IMG/VR virus record: IMGVR_UViG_3300042564_004498 | Span: 1 to 64,000 of that record | Source: a virus | Direction: 5' to 3' (one strand) | DNA: 64,000 bases | Part shown: piece after piece, positions 27,178 through 36,625 of the stretch | Layout of the letters: each line of letters starts with the position of its first letter | How positions within the stretch are numbered: the stretch's first letter is position 1 | Notes under the pieces: generated by a model | Database searches by the model: none | What the model was told of the DNA's origin: nothing | Seen by the model: only the letters and a program-made list of their open reading frames with translations | Made by a program: the position numbers and the translations under genes

Positions 27178-27591
27178 TTATAGTTTTTGCCACGACATTT
27201 TATAAACTTCAAATTCTAATGGGGTACCATAATATGACACATTTATATTGAAAAATGAATTAAGGTCATTAAATATTTCACGCTTTGTACCATTAACATC
27301 AGGAGTTGATTCAGATAAATAAAATATTAAATTAATTGTTTTTGATGAATAATTCTCATTACCATAATGGAGTCCTTTTTCTTCAATCTCAAATTTTAAT
27401 AGATATTTTCCAAATTTATCTTTAAAAAACTCAACAATTCTTGGTAATATCTTTTCAATGTCTTTTTTATTTTTTTCAATTTGAATAATCCTATCTTTTG
27501 TTGACATGGTTTGAAACTCTTCAACCCAATGTGGAGCATTAGGACTAATGTGGCTATTTTCTCTTAATATGTTTTTTATTAGGTCTCTCAT
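27178..27591 (-). CDS. leader-bearing hypothetical protein
   Basis: MRDLIKNILREN. Confidence 0.7.
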   Translation of the reverse strand: MRDLIKNILRENSHISPNAPHWVEEFQTMSTKDRIIQIEKNKKDIEKILPRIVEFFKDKFGKYLLKFEIEEKGLHYGNENYSSKTINLIFYLSESTPDVNGTKREIFNDLNSFFNINVSYYGTPLEFEVYKMSWQKL

Positions 27592-27609
27592 TACTTAAAT
27601 AAATACCAA

Positions 27610-28038
27610 TTATTTAAGATTACGACTGGTTTCTTTATCAATATCTCTTTTTTTGATGGTTTCTCTTTTATCGTAAAATTTTTTACCTCTGGCAAGCACA
27701 ACTTCCACTTTAAATAACCCTTTTTCGTTTTCGTATAATCTTGTGGGAATTATGGTAAGACCTTTATCCAAATCTTTCTTGATTTTGGTTAATTCTTTAT
27801 TTTTTAAAAGTAATTTACGGTCTCTTTTGATGTTATCATTCCCAATACCTGAAATGGAGACATTTTTCATGAATAATTCGTCATTTTGAAATGAACAGAA
27901 TGAATCAACAAAGGTTAAATGACCTTTTCTAATGAATTTAACTTCAACTCCTGTTAATACAACACCGGCCGTGTAAGTATCAATAAATTCATAGTCAAAT
28001 CTTGCTCTTTTGTTTAATATGTTGATTTTATTTCTCAT
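27610..28038 (-). CDS. smpB: SsrA-binding protein SmpB
   Basis: NKRARFDY...AGVVLTGVEVK..R...RKLLL...LARGKK.YDKRETIKKRD. Confidence 0.93.
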   Translation of the reverse strand: MRNKINILNKRARFDYEFIDTYTAGVVLTGVEVKFIRKGHLTFVDSFCSFQNDELFMKNVSISGIGNDNIKRDRKLLLKNKELTKIKKDLDKGLTIIPTRLYENEKGLFKVEVVLARGKKFYDKRETIKKRDIDKETSRNLK

Positions 28039-28042
28039 TTGG

Positions 28043-28450
28043 CTAAGATACTGTAAAATATGTTAATAATGCTAAATCTTTTTCCTTACTAAATCTTTTA
28101 ATATCAATTTCTATTCCAAGTTTGTTTGCCAATTCCAAACCTTTATCCCAAGCATCAACCTCATTGATAAATCTTTTCATTGAAAACTCTTTTGGTTTCT
28201 CATCTTCATCAATATTTTTGTAACAATTTACTCCTACATTTGTTACAGGTTGTAAAGCATGTCCACACTCATGTAATAATGCATATAAACCGTTTTTTTC
28301 AAGATTATATGAACGGTGAATACATATTAGTTTTGAATTATGCCCAACAAACCATGTTGAATCGGTTAATTCTACTCTAATACCTTTTTCCTTTGAGATA
28401 TAATCAACAACTGTTTGGAAATTTTTTGGAAATGTCTTGGTCTTTCTCAT
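28043..28450 (-). CDS. HExxH zinc peptidase-like protein
   Basis: LLHECGHALQ...EVDAW. Confidence 0.65.
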   Translation of the reverse strand: MRKTKTFPKNFQTVVDYISKEKGIRVELTDSTWFVGHNSKLICIHRSYNLEKNGLYALLHECGHALQPVTNVGVNCYKNIDEDEKPKEFSMKRFINEVDAWDKGLELANKLGIEIDIKRFSKEKDLALLTYFTVS

Positions 28451-28497
28451 ATTTTACTAAGATACAAAAAAAATTCATGAAAAACTAATGAATTATT

Positions 28498-29301
28498 TTA
28501 AGTTATTTTATGTTCAAATTCTTCAAATTTTTCGTTAGGAATACAAACACAATCCAAACATTTACCCGTTTCAGTATTAAAAGGCACCCCCTCTTGAAAT
28601 CTTTTAACAACATATCCTAAAGATTCAATTTTATTTAACAATGATTCTTCAGAACTCCCAAATTTATTTAAAAGAGGCTCCTCAAATTCAACAAATAAGT
28701 AAGGTCTATGTTTTTCTATTGTTTTTATTGCGCCATCAATAACAAATGGTTCATACCCTTGGACATCTATTTTAATAAAGACAATATTGTTAAATTCATA
28801 ATCATCCAATTTTTTTGATTCAACTATCTCAAAATTTTCAGAGGTCTCATTAACCCGAACATTACCAAAATTCACATATTCTTCAGAAAAATAATCAGGT
28901 TTTTCTATTTTAACAAATTCATTTTTATCCCCTAATGCGACATTATGACAATATGCATTATCAATACCATTTAAGAATACATTGGTACACAATTGATAGT
29001 AGATTATCCTTTGTGGTTCAAAACTATGGACTTTACCATTATCTCCAACCAAATGAGCAAAATCTACTGTAAAGTTTCCATTATTTGCACCAATATCAAT
29101 AATATCTTTACCACCACAATCAATTTGATTTTGTTCAAGAAAATCAAACATATATGATTCGTATTGCCACCCTTCTAAGATAGAACTTGTTACCGCATTA
29201 TCTTTTGGGAACAATGCATACAATAAAGAATTTGTATGAAAGAAATTTACAAAATCTTTTTTACTAATTTGGTATAAAATTGTGTTAAATTTTGTTTTCA
29301 T
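28498..29301 (-). CDS. FkbM-family methyltransferase
   Basis: IDIGANNG, SFEPQ, IKIDVQGYE. Confidence 0.9.
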   Translation of the reverse strand: MKTKFNTILYQISKKDFVNFFHTNSLLYALFPKDNAVTSSILEGWQYESYMFDFLEQNQIDCGGKDIIDIGANNGNFTVDFAHLVGDNGKVHSFEPQRIIYYQLCTNVFLNGIDNAYCHNVALGDKNEFVKIEKPDYFSEEYVNFGNVRVNETSENFEIVESKKLDDYEFNNIVFIKIDVQGYEPFVIDGAIKTIEKHRPYLFVEFEEPLLNKFGSSEESLLNKIESLGYVVKRFQEGVPFNTETGKCLDCVCIPNEKFEEFEHKIT

Positions 29302-30122
29302 TATTTAGTATATCTAAATTGATTAAAGAACCAACGATAATTTTCATAAATCCAATCACTAACATCTTTACCTAATAATTCTTTTGCTCTTGACCTTACA
29401 GGTTCCAATTTGGTTCTGATTTTATGGTCACCATAAACACCATAAACTTCATCATCCTCTTTTGTTATTTGTTCAATGTTATCAAAATCGTGTTCAAAAT
29501 ATGGAATTTCCAAATAATCATAAACTTTCTTCATTGTTTGCTCAGGATATAGACATAAATCTTCAAATCTGATAAATAACATCTTACTATCATTACCCAT
29601 TCTAAAAATTTCACCTATTCTTTCCATCGCCATACCAACAGGAGGACTTTGAGCCCAAATATCAACTCGTTTAGGTACGGTTGTTCCTTGCATCTTACTC
29701 CAATCCAATATATTGTTAGACTTTTCTGGACTAGACCTAAAGTTTTTTTCCATTGATGCGAAAATATCTCTTAAATCTCTAACCATACATATAATTTTAG
29801 GGTTTGGATTAATAGTATTTAAGAAATCATAGTGAATCCCCCATCCTCTACTTTTATCCACAACAAATTTCTTATCTGTTATGGCGTTATAAAACCCATT
29901 CATCCCTTCTTTACAAAAATTCAGAAAACCTGATTTCATTAATTCAGAATCTTGAGCAATAAACTCAGATGATTCGGTATAATTGGTTCTGGCAGCAAAG
30001 ATTAGTTCTAAAACCCCTGATGTTGGAGTTACATATAAGTCAGGGTTTTGCCCCATTATGTTTTGTAGTAAAGTTGACCCCGCTCTTGGAAGTGAACTTT
30101 GATAAAATATTTTTTCTACCAT
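29301..30122 (-). CDS. sulfotransferase family protein
   Basis: 5'-PSB LPRAGSTLL; 3'-PB VRDLRDIFAS; RFEDL. Confidence 0.85.
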   Translation of the reverse strand: MVEKIFYQSSLPRAGSTLLQNIMGQNPDLYVTPTSGVLELIFAARTNYTESSEFIAQDSELMKSGFLNFCKEGMNGFYNAITDKKFVVDKSRGWGIHYDFLNTINPNPKIICMVRDLRDIFASMEKNFRSSPEKSNNILDWSKMQGTTVPKRVDIWAQSPPVGMAMERIGEIFRMGNDSKMLFIRFEDLCLYPEQTMKKVYDYLEIPYFEHDFDNIEQITKEDDEVYGVYGDHKIRTKLEPVRSRAKELLGKDVSDWIYENYRWFFNQFRYTK

Positions 30123-30131
30123 ATTGTTTTA

Positions 30132-30710
30132 TTATTTATTAACATTTGCCATTGGGAATGGTTTATTTGGAATTTCCTTTTCTAAAAAAGGACAGAGTAG
30201 TTCCCAACTATCTCCACCACAGATATTCATTTCTAAAAAGTTAGGATTTCCTTTAAAATATTCTCTAACTTCATTGTTATACTCTTCATAATATTTTACA
30301 AAACTTTCTTTAGTAAATTCATTTGTTTCAAAGTGTCTTTTATAAATCTCAATTCGTAGTGATTTATCAGTTTCATTGTCAAAACGCCTACCATTTCTAC
30401 TTGTTAACCACCTACTTACAGAATCCCACCACTCTTCGGTATCTCTAACGGTTAGAATGAATTTACTATCAGGGACATGTTTATCTAATACCTTGTATAA
30501 TTTATTGGTGTTAAATGGTCTATCTTTAAAACAATCATAATTGTCAATTAAATCAAAAATAACCTTATATTTCCCTTCAAATGCTGCCATTGAAACATCC
30601 AAATTGTTAAGTTTCATTGGGGAACATATCTTATCATAACCTAATATCTTCCAAGAATTTAAAAGAGAAGTTGTTGCCGTTTTATTAATTCCTATGCAAA
30701 ATATTTTCAT
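30132..30710 (-). CDS. sulfotransferase-like protein (paralog of 34342)
   Basis: IFCIGINKTATTSL; KFILTVRD.E.WWDS; WELLCPFL..P..PFP.AN. Confidence 0.8.
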   Translation of the reverse strand: MKIFCIGINKTATTSLLNSWKILGYDKICSPMKLNNLDVSMAAFEGKYKVIFDLIDNYDCFKDRPFNTNKLYKVLDKHVPDSKFILTVRDTEEWWDSVSRWLTSRNGRRFDNETDKSLRIEIYKRHFETNEFTKESFVKYYEEYNNEVREYFKGNPNFLEMNICGGDSWELLCPFLEKEIPNKPFPMANVNK

Positions 30711-31603
30711 TAATTTAAATTGTCTTCGTTTCTACTTTTAAAATAACCTAATAATGTTGGGTTATACTTGGTAGGTTCTCTAAACTCTAACACCCCGTCA
30801 TCATTTTTGATAATTTCAGTATCAATATTTAGTTCGTTTAATAAAAAATGTCTCTCAAGATATTTTCTATCTAAAACACTTCCATGATACAAATGATAAA
30901 CAATACCATCCAAATAAGAATATTTTAAATCAAGAGATTTTAATTTTTCCGTAAACTCATTTTTCTTATCTGAATTAAATGAATTTATTTTAAGTGGTCT
31001 CCTAATAAATTTAGGTAGTAACATCTTATCGGCTCCTCCAAATATCGCATATTCGTACATTCCAATCTCGTCAAAGAATTTCCTATGGACCCCAACCGCA
31101 TATCCTGAACTAAATGGACCTTGTTCCTCACTATATCTCATATCTAAAAGTATTTTGGATATGTACATCACTTTATCATAGAACGGGTCTAAAACAAAGG
31201 CTTCATGGTAAGGATAGACGACATCACACTCGTTTAGTTTCTCATCAATTCTATTTATCCAATTATCATCTTCAAATATTACATCACCATCCAAACAAAC
31301 TATTTTAGTATATTGACTTGGGAGTTTATTTACCAAAATATTAAACAAATTTTCTTTATGAAACATATAAGAATTTGATTTAACATGGAAAATGTTTTCT
31401 CCCTCATCAAATGTTGGTGTCTGACCATCATAAACTAATTCAATAATGTAATGAGGGATTTTACTTTTCTTTAAAATGTTTGCAACATATAGTTGATTCA
31501 TAATTGGTTTGGTAAAATCTCCTGCATTGTAAAATACCGAGCAAACCGCGATGTTATCGTTGTTTGGGGATTTGTATTTCTTAATATTTTTTAGTTTATT
31601 CAA
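30710..31603 (-). CDS. GT-A glycosyltransferase-like protein (paralog of 33455)
   Basis: FHKENLFN, LDGD, GGAD, HLYHG, YF..RNED. Confidence 0.65.
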   Translation of the reverse strand: MNKLKNIKKYKSPNNDNIAVCSVFYNAGDFTKPIMNQLYVANILKKSKIPHYIIELVYDGQTPTFDEGENIFHVKSNSYMFHKENLFNILVNKLPSQYTKIVCLDGDVIFEDDNWINRIDEKLNECDVVYPYHEAFVLDPFYDKVMYISKILLDMRYSEEQGPFSSGYAVGVHRKFFDEIGMYEYAIFGGADKMLLPKFIRRPLKINSFNSDKKNEFTEKLKSLDLKYSYLDGIVYHLYHGSVLDRKYLERHFLLNELNIDTEIIKNDDGVLEFREPTKYNPTLLGYFKSRNEDNLN

Positions 31604-31615
31604 GGTAATGTGGAA

Positions 31616-32626
31616 TTATAATAGTTTAGTAATTGATTTTGTTATTCTCATATCAGGACCACAGGAACAATTACCTGATTTATGGCATATTATTCCAATT
31701 GGTTTTAGCTTTACCCTTAAATCTTTATTTTTAATTAAATTACCAAATTCACCTGAATATTTGGCACCACAATGAGCTCCACTTACCGTTCCATCCCATT
31801 TAATTGATAAATTTGATTTTCCAGCGTCACATCTAAACCCTTTAAACTTATTTAATCCTTGTGAAACTAATTTTTGTTGTTGGAAATCTTCTATTATACC
31901 ATCTTCATAATGTACTTTAGTTGCGTGAGAAGTGTTATTAGGGTCATACCCGTCAAGACCTCTATCAAAATTTTGATATAGATTTTTTTTAATATATGTA
32001 AGTTGTTCTTCAGTGTATAAACTTGAGTATTCCCCAATAAATAAATTATCCCCTTTTTTTATAGAATTTTCCGATTTAGTTCTTGCAACAACCCCTTTAT
32101 ATGCAACCGTTATATTTTTTTGTTTAAAATATTCTACCGTATCAAGAACTTTATCCCAATGCTCCGGGTCCATTAAAAGTCCAATACTCATCATAGCATT
32201 TTTTCTTTGACCAATTTCAATTAATTCATCAAATTTAGAAAATTTAGCATATCTAGGGTGAAAACTTAAATGCACATTATTTGTTTTTTCAAAAAGTATT
32301 TCCCACACTTCTTTAGGTGCACTCCCGTTACTATCCAAACTAACATTAAAATTATTATCATTAAAGAATGTTATTAATTCTTCAATACCCTCATAAAGAC
32401 TTGGTTCTCCTCCTGATATTGACACAAACCTATTAGAATAATCATTAATTTGTGGATTTTCATTAATTAAGTTGGTGAAAAATTTAATATAAGTTTCTAC
32501 TAATATCGGTTCTTCCGAACCATTATGAAGAATTGAAGGACAATATTTACAACGATAGTTACACGAATTTGTTACCGTTAGAGTTATATTAAACTCATCA
32601 CTTACTATTGATTTTATTTTATTCAT
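31616..32626 (-). CDS. radical SAM protein with C-terminal Cys cluster
   Basis: CNYRCKYC, SGGEP, CDAG...HC...C..CSC. Confidence 0.88.
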   Translation of the reverse strand: MNKIKSIVSDEFNITLTVTNSCNYRCKYCPSILHNGSEEPILVETYIKFFTNLINENPQINDYSNRFVSISGGEPSLYEGIEELITFFNDNNFNVSLDSNGSAPKEVWEILFEKTNNVHLSFHPRYAKFSKFDELIEIGQRKNAMMSIGLLMDPEHWDKVLDTVEYFKQKNITVAYKGVVARTKSENSIKKGDNLFIGEYSSLYTEEQLTYIKKNLYQNFDRGLDGYDPNNTSHATKVHYEDGIIEDFQQQKLVSQGLNKFKGFRCDAGKSNLSIKWDGTVSGAHCGAKYSGEFGNLIKNKDLRVKLKPIGIICHKSGNCSCGPDMRITKSITKLL

Positions 32627-33468
32627 TTTATTTCGTTTAAAGTTTTAATTTCTAATTCGGTAATTAATTTATCTTTATTTGATTCATTAATAAAATCATC
32701 CACATTATTAAAAATTTCACTTAATGAATATTTTGGGTTTTTTTTTTGATTTTGTTGTCCTGACACCACAATATCGTTCATTTCGTTTGGTTCCAAATTA
32801 ATATATTTTATAATTTCAGAATAATGTTTTTTATAATCAACACCACATAATTGTTCATATGTTACTTCATGAATTGGTATGTCATGAGTTTCACATAATT
32901 CTCTTACTTGTTTTTTTTCTGTTATCATATTATTCCGATATTTGGTATATTCATCATATTCTACATTTGTTTTGTTGTATTTATCAATAACAAATTTACT
33001 AAACTTACTTGAGAAATTGGTAACCCCTATTTTAGCTAATTTTCGAGAAAAAAATTGTAAAATAGTATTATCTCTTGTTAAATGAATTACCTTAATATTA
33101 TTTTCTTTAATATAGCATAAAAATTCATCCTCAATATTTCCTTCAACTATATGATTATTGTAAAATACCTTGAATCCTTGAATAGGTTTTTCTATTACTG
33201 ATAAAAATAAATTTAAATATTTTATAACATTTAAATTTCTATTATAAAGTATTTTTTTAGGGTCATTACCAGTTAATTTAATAATTTCTTGGTAAACTGT
33301 AGGGTTTTTATAAAGATGAAGTATTTTATTAATTGTAGTAATATAATTATTTTTTAAAATCTCGTGTTCAAACCTTACTCCTCTTTGATTGTTTAAAAAC
33401 TCAATTAACATATTAGACCCTGTCCTTGCTGTTGTAATTATTATAAAAGTTTCTTTAGTTGTCTTCAT
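32623..33468 (-). CDS. Stf0-like sulfotransferase
   Basis: TARTGSNML; IHLTRDN..QFFS; TYEQL. Confidence 0.75.
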   Translation of the reverse strand: MKTTKETFIIITTARTGSNMLIEFLNNQRGVRFEHEILKNNYITTINKILHLYKNPTVYQEIIKLTGNDPKKILYNRNLNVIKYLNLFLSVIEKPIQGFKVFYNNHIVEGNIEDEFLCYIKENNIKVIHLTRDNTILQFFSRKLAKIGVTNFSSKFSKFVIDKYNKTNVEYDEYTKYRNNMITEKKQVRELCETHDIPIHEVTYEQLCGVDYKKHYSEIIKYINLEPNEMNDIVVSGQQNQKKNPKYSLSEIFNNVDDFINESNKDKLITELEIKTLNEIK

Positions 33469-34345
33469 TTCTATTTTTAAAATATTCTTCTATATGACTA
33501 AAAATTAAAATATCTGGTTCTTTATACCATTCTAAAATTCCGTCATTGTTTAACCTAATGGATTTAAATATATCCATATTTCTTGTGAATTTATTACGAG
33601 AAGTGTATTGTCTGTCATGTCTATCTCCATGATAGACATGATAGGCATTTCCAGTTATAAACCCAATTGATGGTGAACCCAAAGATTGAACCCATTTTTC
33701 AAATTCAACTAAATTACCTCCTAAGTTAAATCGGCAATTTGGGCTTAACTCATATTTTTTAAAAATATGACTCATTACATTATCCCCACCTCCCAACACA
33801 CAATAAGGGTACAACCCATTTGATTTTTTCCATTGAGCTCTTGTCATTGCCCAAGCAAATCCTGTGTGATATGGTTTTTTATCCCAAAGTTCTATTTTAG
33901 GGTGATTTTTTTCTTGGAATGACCCTATGGATGGTTTTTCCATAAATGGTGTCCCATCTTTATCTAGCCAATATGCTTGTTCAAATAATTGTATTATATC
34001 GTTTGTCTTGAGTTGATTAATAGACATCTCAACCCAATTTTTATTATCAAAAAAAATATCAGAGTCAATCCAAGCAATCAAATCGTATTCGTCAGGAACC
34101 AATTTTTCCGCAATATTTAACAAACATTCTTTTTGCCAAAAAATATTTTTATTAGGGTCTACTAAAATCTGAACCCAATTCTCATATCTCAATGTTTGAG
34201 ATTGTTGACTTGGTAAAAGTAATTCTACCCCAAAAACAGGAACGTTATCAGATGTCATTTTCCCTATAAATTGATGTAAATTATTTATAGGATTATTAAA
34301 ATCACTAAAGTTAAAATGACAAGTAATTACCGCAAGTTTACTCAT
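33455..34345 (-). CDS. GT-A glycosyltransferase-like protein
   Basis: WQKECLLN, WIDSD, GFAWA, GGGD, HVYHG, YF..RNED. Confidence 0.65.
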   Translation of the reverse strand: MSKLAVITCHFNFSDFNNPINNLHQFIGKMTSDNVPVFGVELLLPSQQSQTLRYENWVQILVDPNKNIFWQKECLLNIAEKLVPDEYDLIAWIDSDIFFDNKNWVEMSINQLKTNDIIQLFEQAYWLDKDGTPFMEKPSIGSFQEKNHPKIELWDKKPYHTGFAWAMTRAQWKKSNGLYPYCVLGGGDNVMSHIFKKYELSPNCRFNLGGNLVEFEKWVQSLGSPSIGFITGNAYHVYHGDRHDRQYTSRNKFTRNMDIFKSIRLNNDGILEWYKEPDILIFSHIEEYFKNRNEDN

Positions 34346-34956
34346 ATATTAACATTTGATTTGGGAAATTCTTTATTAGGGATTGTTTTACCAAGGAAAG
34401 GACATAATAATTCCCACCCTTCACCGTTACAAATATTAATTTCTAAAAAATTAGGATTACCTTTAAAATACTCTTTAACTTTATTGTTATAGTCTTGATA
34501 ATAAGTGATAAAACTATCTTTTGTGAATTCAGTTGTATTAAAATGTTTTTTATACAAATCAATTTTCTTTTTTGTTTTCTCTTCGGTCTCGTGGAGATTA
34601 AGAGTTGAGGTTAACCATTTATTAACCGATTCCCACCATTCTTCATCATCTCTAATTGTTAAGATGAATTTAGAATTATAGTAATTTTTATCTAACCATC
34701 TGTATAAATTATTGGTATTGAATGGTCTATCTTTCATACATTCATACCCTGATATTAATTGTCTTAAGATATCATAATCTCTATTAAACCCTGAATTAAT
34801 AATATTATTATTTTTAAATTTGAATTTATTTGACATAACTTTAACCAGGGTAGGTTTATCAAACCCTGAGTAAATTTTTGTATAACCTAATTCTTTCCAA
34901 GCGTCAACTAAAGATGTTGTACCTGTTTTATTTAAACCAATACAAAAGACTTTCAA
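34342..34956 (-). CDS. sulfotransferase-like protein (probable TTG start)
   Basis: KVFCIGLNKTGTTSL; KFILTIRD; GWELLCPFL. Confidence 0.8.
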   Translation of the reverse strand: MKVFCIGLNKTGTTSLVDAWKELGYTKIYSGFDKPTLVKVMSNKFKFKNNNIINSGFNRDYDILRQLISGYECMKDRPFNTNNLYRWLDKNYYNSKFILTIRDDEEWWESVNKWLTSTLNLHETEEKTKKKIDLYKKHFNTTEFTKDSFITYYQDYNNKVKEYFKGNPNFLEINICNGEGWELLCPFLGKTIPNKEFPKSNVNI

Positions 34957-34957
34957 C

Positions 34958-35830
34958 TTATTGTCGTTTAACTGATGAAATGATGGCGTTAGCATCAAAT
35001 ATCTCAGACTCATCATTGTACGGGAACTCTAATAAATCACCACCTATATTGAATTTACTCAAATAAGCATTTCTTAATTCAGGTTTAACTGTAAAAATGT
35101 TTGATATAATATTATCGTGAATTTCATAACCAAATACATTTGGTTTATTAGTAATCCAACAAACTGTAGATGGTAACTCTAATGCTGCTGCGGTATGTTG
35201 ACAAAAACTGTCAATAAATAATCTTTTTCTACTAAGACTAATCAATACCGCCAACGCCCGAAATGAATCTGTAATAGGGATAGTGTTATCTAATGGAATT
35301 TGGTCTTCTCTTCTAATATGAATGATATTATAAACATCTTTAAATTCATTTACAATATCATTTGCAATACTTATTGGCATATCTCTTGACCAAGAGTACG
35401 CCATGTCTGATGGAGCACCACCATTTGTTTGTAGTAAAAATAGAGGTTTGTCAGAACTAAATTTATTACCAAAAAATTTAATTTCCCTATCTGTTAAAAA
35501 TATTCTTGGTGATTCACCGTTGTAAGGAATATTAAACATTTCACACCAAGTTTTAATTAGGTGTTCTTTTTGTTCAATATGTTCTGTTTGTAAGTAAGGG
35601 TCGTGAGCGAATATTTTAAATTCTTTATCTTCAATATACTCCTCATAAAAATAACTAAAACCTCCAAAGGCAAAGGCTCTGTCAACATTTGGGTTGTTTA
35701 AGAAAACATCAGGATAACCTGAAATAACAATTAATTTTGATTCTGGATATTCTTTTTTAATTGCTTCACAGACAGCGGTGGCTATAACACATTTACCGAT
35801 GCCTCCGTTAATTTGAAATACTATATTCAT
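34958..35830 (-). CDS. GT9-like (ADP-heptose transferase-like) GT-B glycosyltransferase
   Basis: GGIGKCVIAT...AIKKEYP; FIDSFCQHTAAAL. Confidence 0.7.
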   Translation of the reverse strand: MNIVFQINGGIGKCVIATAVCEAIKKEYPESKLIVISGYPDVFLNNPNVDRAFAFGGFSYFYEEYIEDKEFKIFAHDPYLQTEHIEQKEHLIKTWCEMFNIPYNGESPRIFLTDREIKFFGNKFSSDKPLFLLQTNGGAPSDMAYSWSRDMPISIANDIVNEFKDVYNIIHIRREDQIPLDNTIPITDSFRALAVLISLSRKRLFIDSFCQHTAAALELPSTVCWITNKPNVFGYEIHDNIISNIFTVKPELRNAYLSKFNIGGDLLEFPYNDESEIFDANAIISSVKRQ

Positions 35831-35899
35831 ATATTTTTTTGTTTAAAATAAATGTAAATAAATCCTTCAAATTAGTGAAGAGTTAAAAACAATTAGTTA

Positions 35900-36238
35900 T
35901 TAAATTCCATACATTCCCGTAGTCCCTGTAAGTACTTCAATAACATTAGTTCCCATTTGAGTAGCAATTTCATTTAAAATTACACTATCATCAAGACCCC
36001 AAGTTTCTAGTTTAGATTTACCTAAAGTAGTATTAAGATTAAGGATAGACCTGAAATTTGTAACAGTATTTCCTGAAATTTCTCCATTACCAAATACAAC
36101 CTCAAAATTTACTTTTGTTGCACCTAAAGGGTATGGTCTTGCGATAACTGCCATTAAATCGGCTGTTTGAGTAATTGCTGAAAATGGAGTAACTTGTTGA
36201 GTACTTGACGCTGGTGGATTAATTTTTCCGTATAACAT
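35900..36238 (-). CDS. fibre-associated small protein (paralog of 36265)
   Basis: MLYGKINP...WGLDDSVIL..IA..MGT. Confidence 0.7.
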   Translation of the reverse strand: MLYGKINPPASSTQQVTPFSAITQTADLMAVIARPYPLGATKVNFEVVFGNGEISGNTVTNFRSILNLNTTLGKSKLETWGLDDSVILNEIATQMGTNVIEVLTGTTGMYGI

Positions 36239-36264
36239 ATTTTTATATTTTTATATTTTATTTA

Positions 36265-36600
36265 TTAATAAGTGAAATGTGAATCAACAGTTATTTTTTC
36301 TGTTATTGTTGTTCCTATTTTTGAGGCAATAATGTCTAACACAACTGAATCGTCAACACCCCAATTAGATAATTCTTGAGTTGTTAAACTAACTCTATCG
36401 TTTAGTACAACATCAAATTCTTGTTTACCCGACGCATTAAGTATTAAATTACCAAATCTTAGTGTAAAATCAACTTCTGGCTCTCCAATAACATAATTTT
36501 CAGCCTTAACTGCCATATATTCAGCAGTAACTGTTTGAGACGAAAACGCACTTATTTGGTATGTTTTTGTAACTGATGGGATTATTTTTCCTAGTAACAT
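36265..36600 (-). CDS. fibre-associated small protein
   Basis: MLLGKIIP...WGVDDSVVL..IA..IGT. Confidence 0.7.
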   Translation of the reverse strand: MLLGKIIPSVTKTYQISAFSSQTVTAEYMAVKAENYVIGEPEVDFTLRFGNLILNASGKQEFDVVLNDRVSLTTQELSNWGVDDSVVLDIIASKIGTTITEKITVDSHFTY

Positions 36601-36625
36601 ATTTTTTATTTTTTATTTTTTAATT

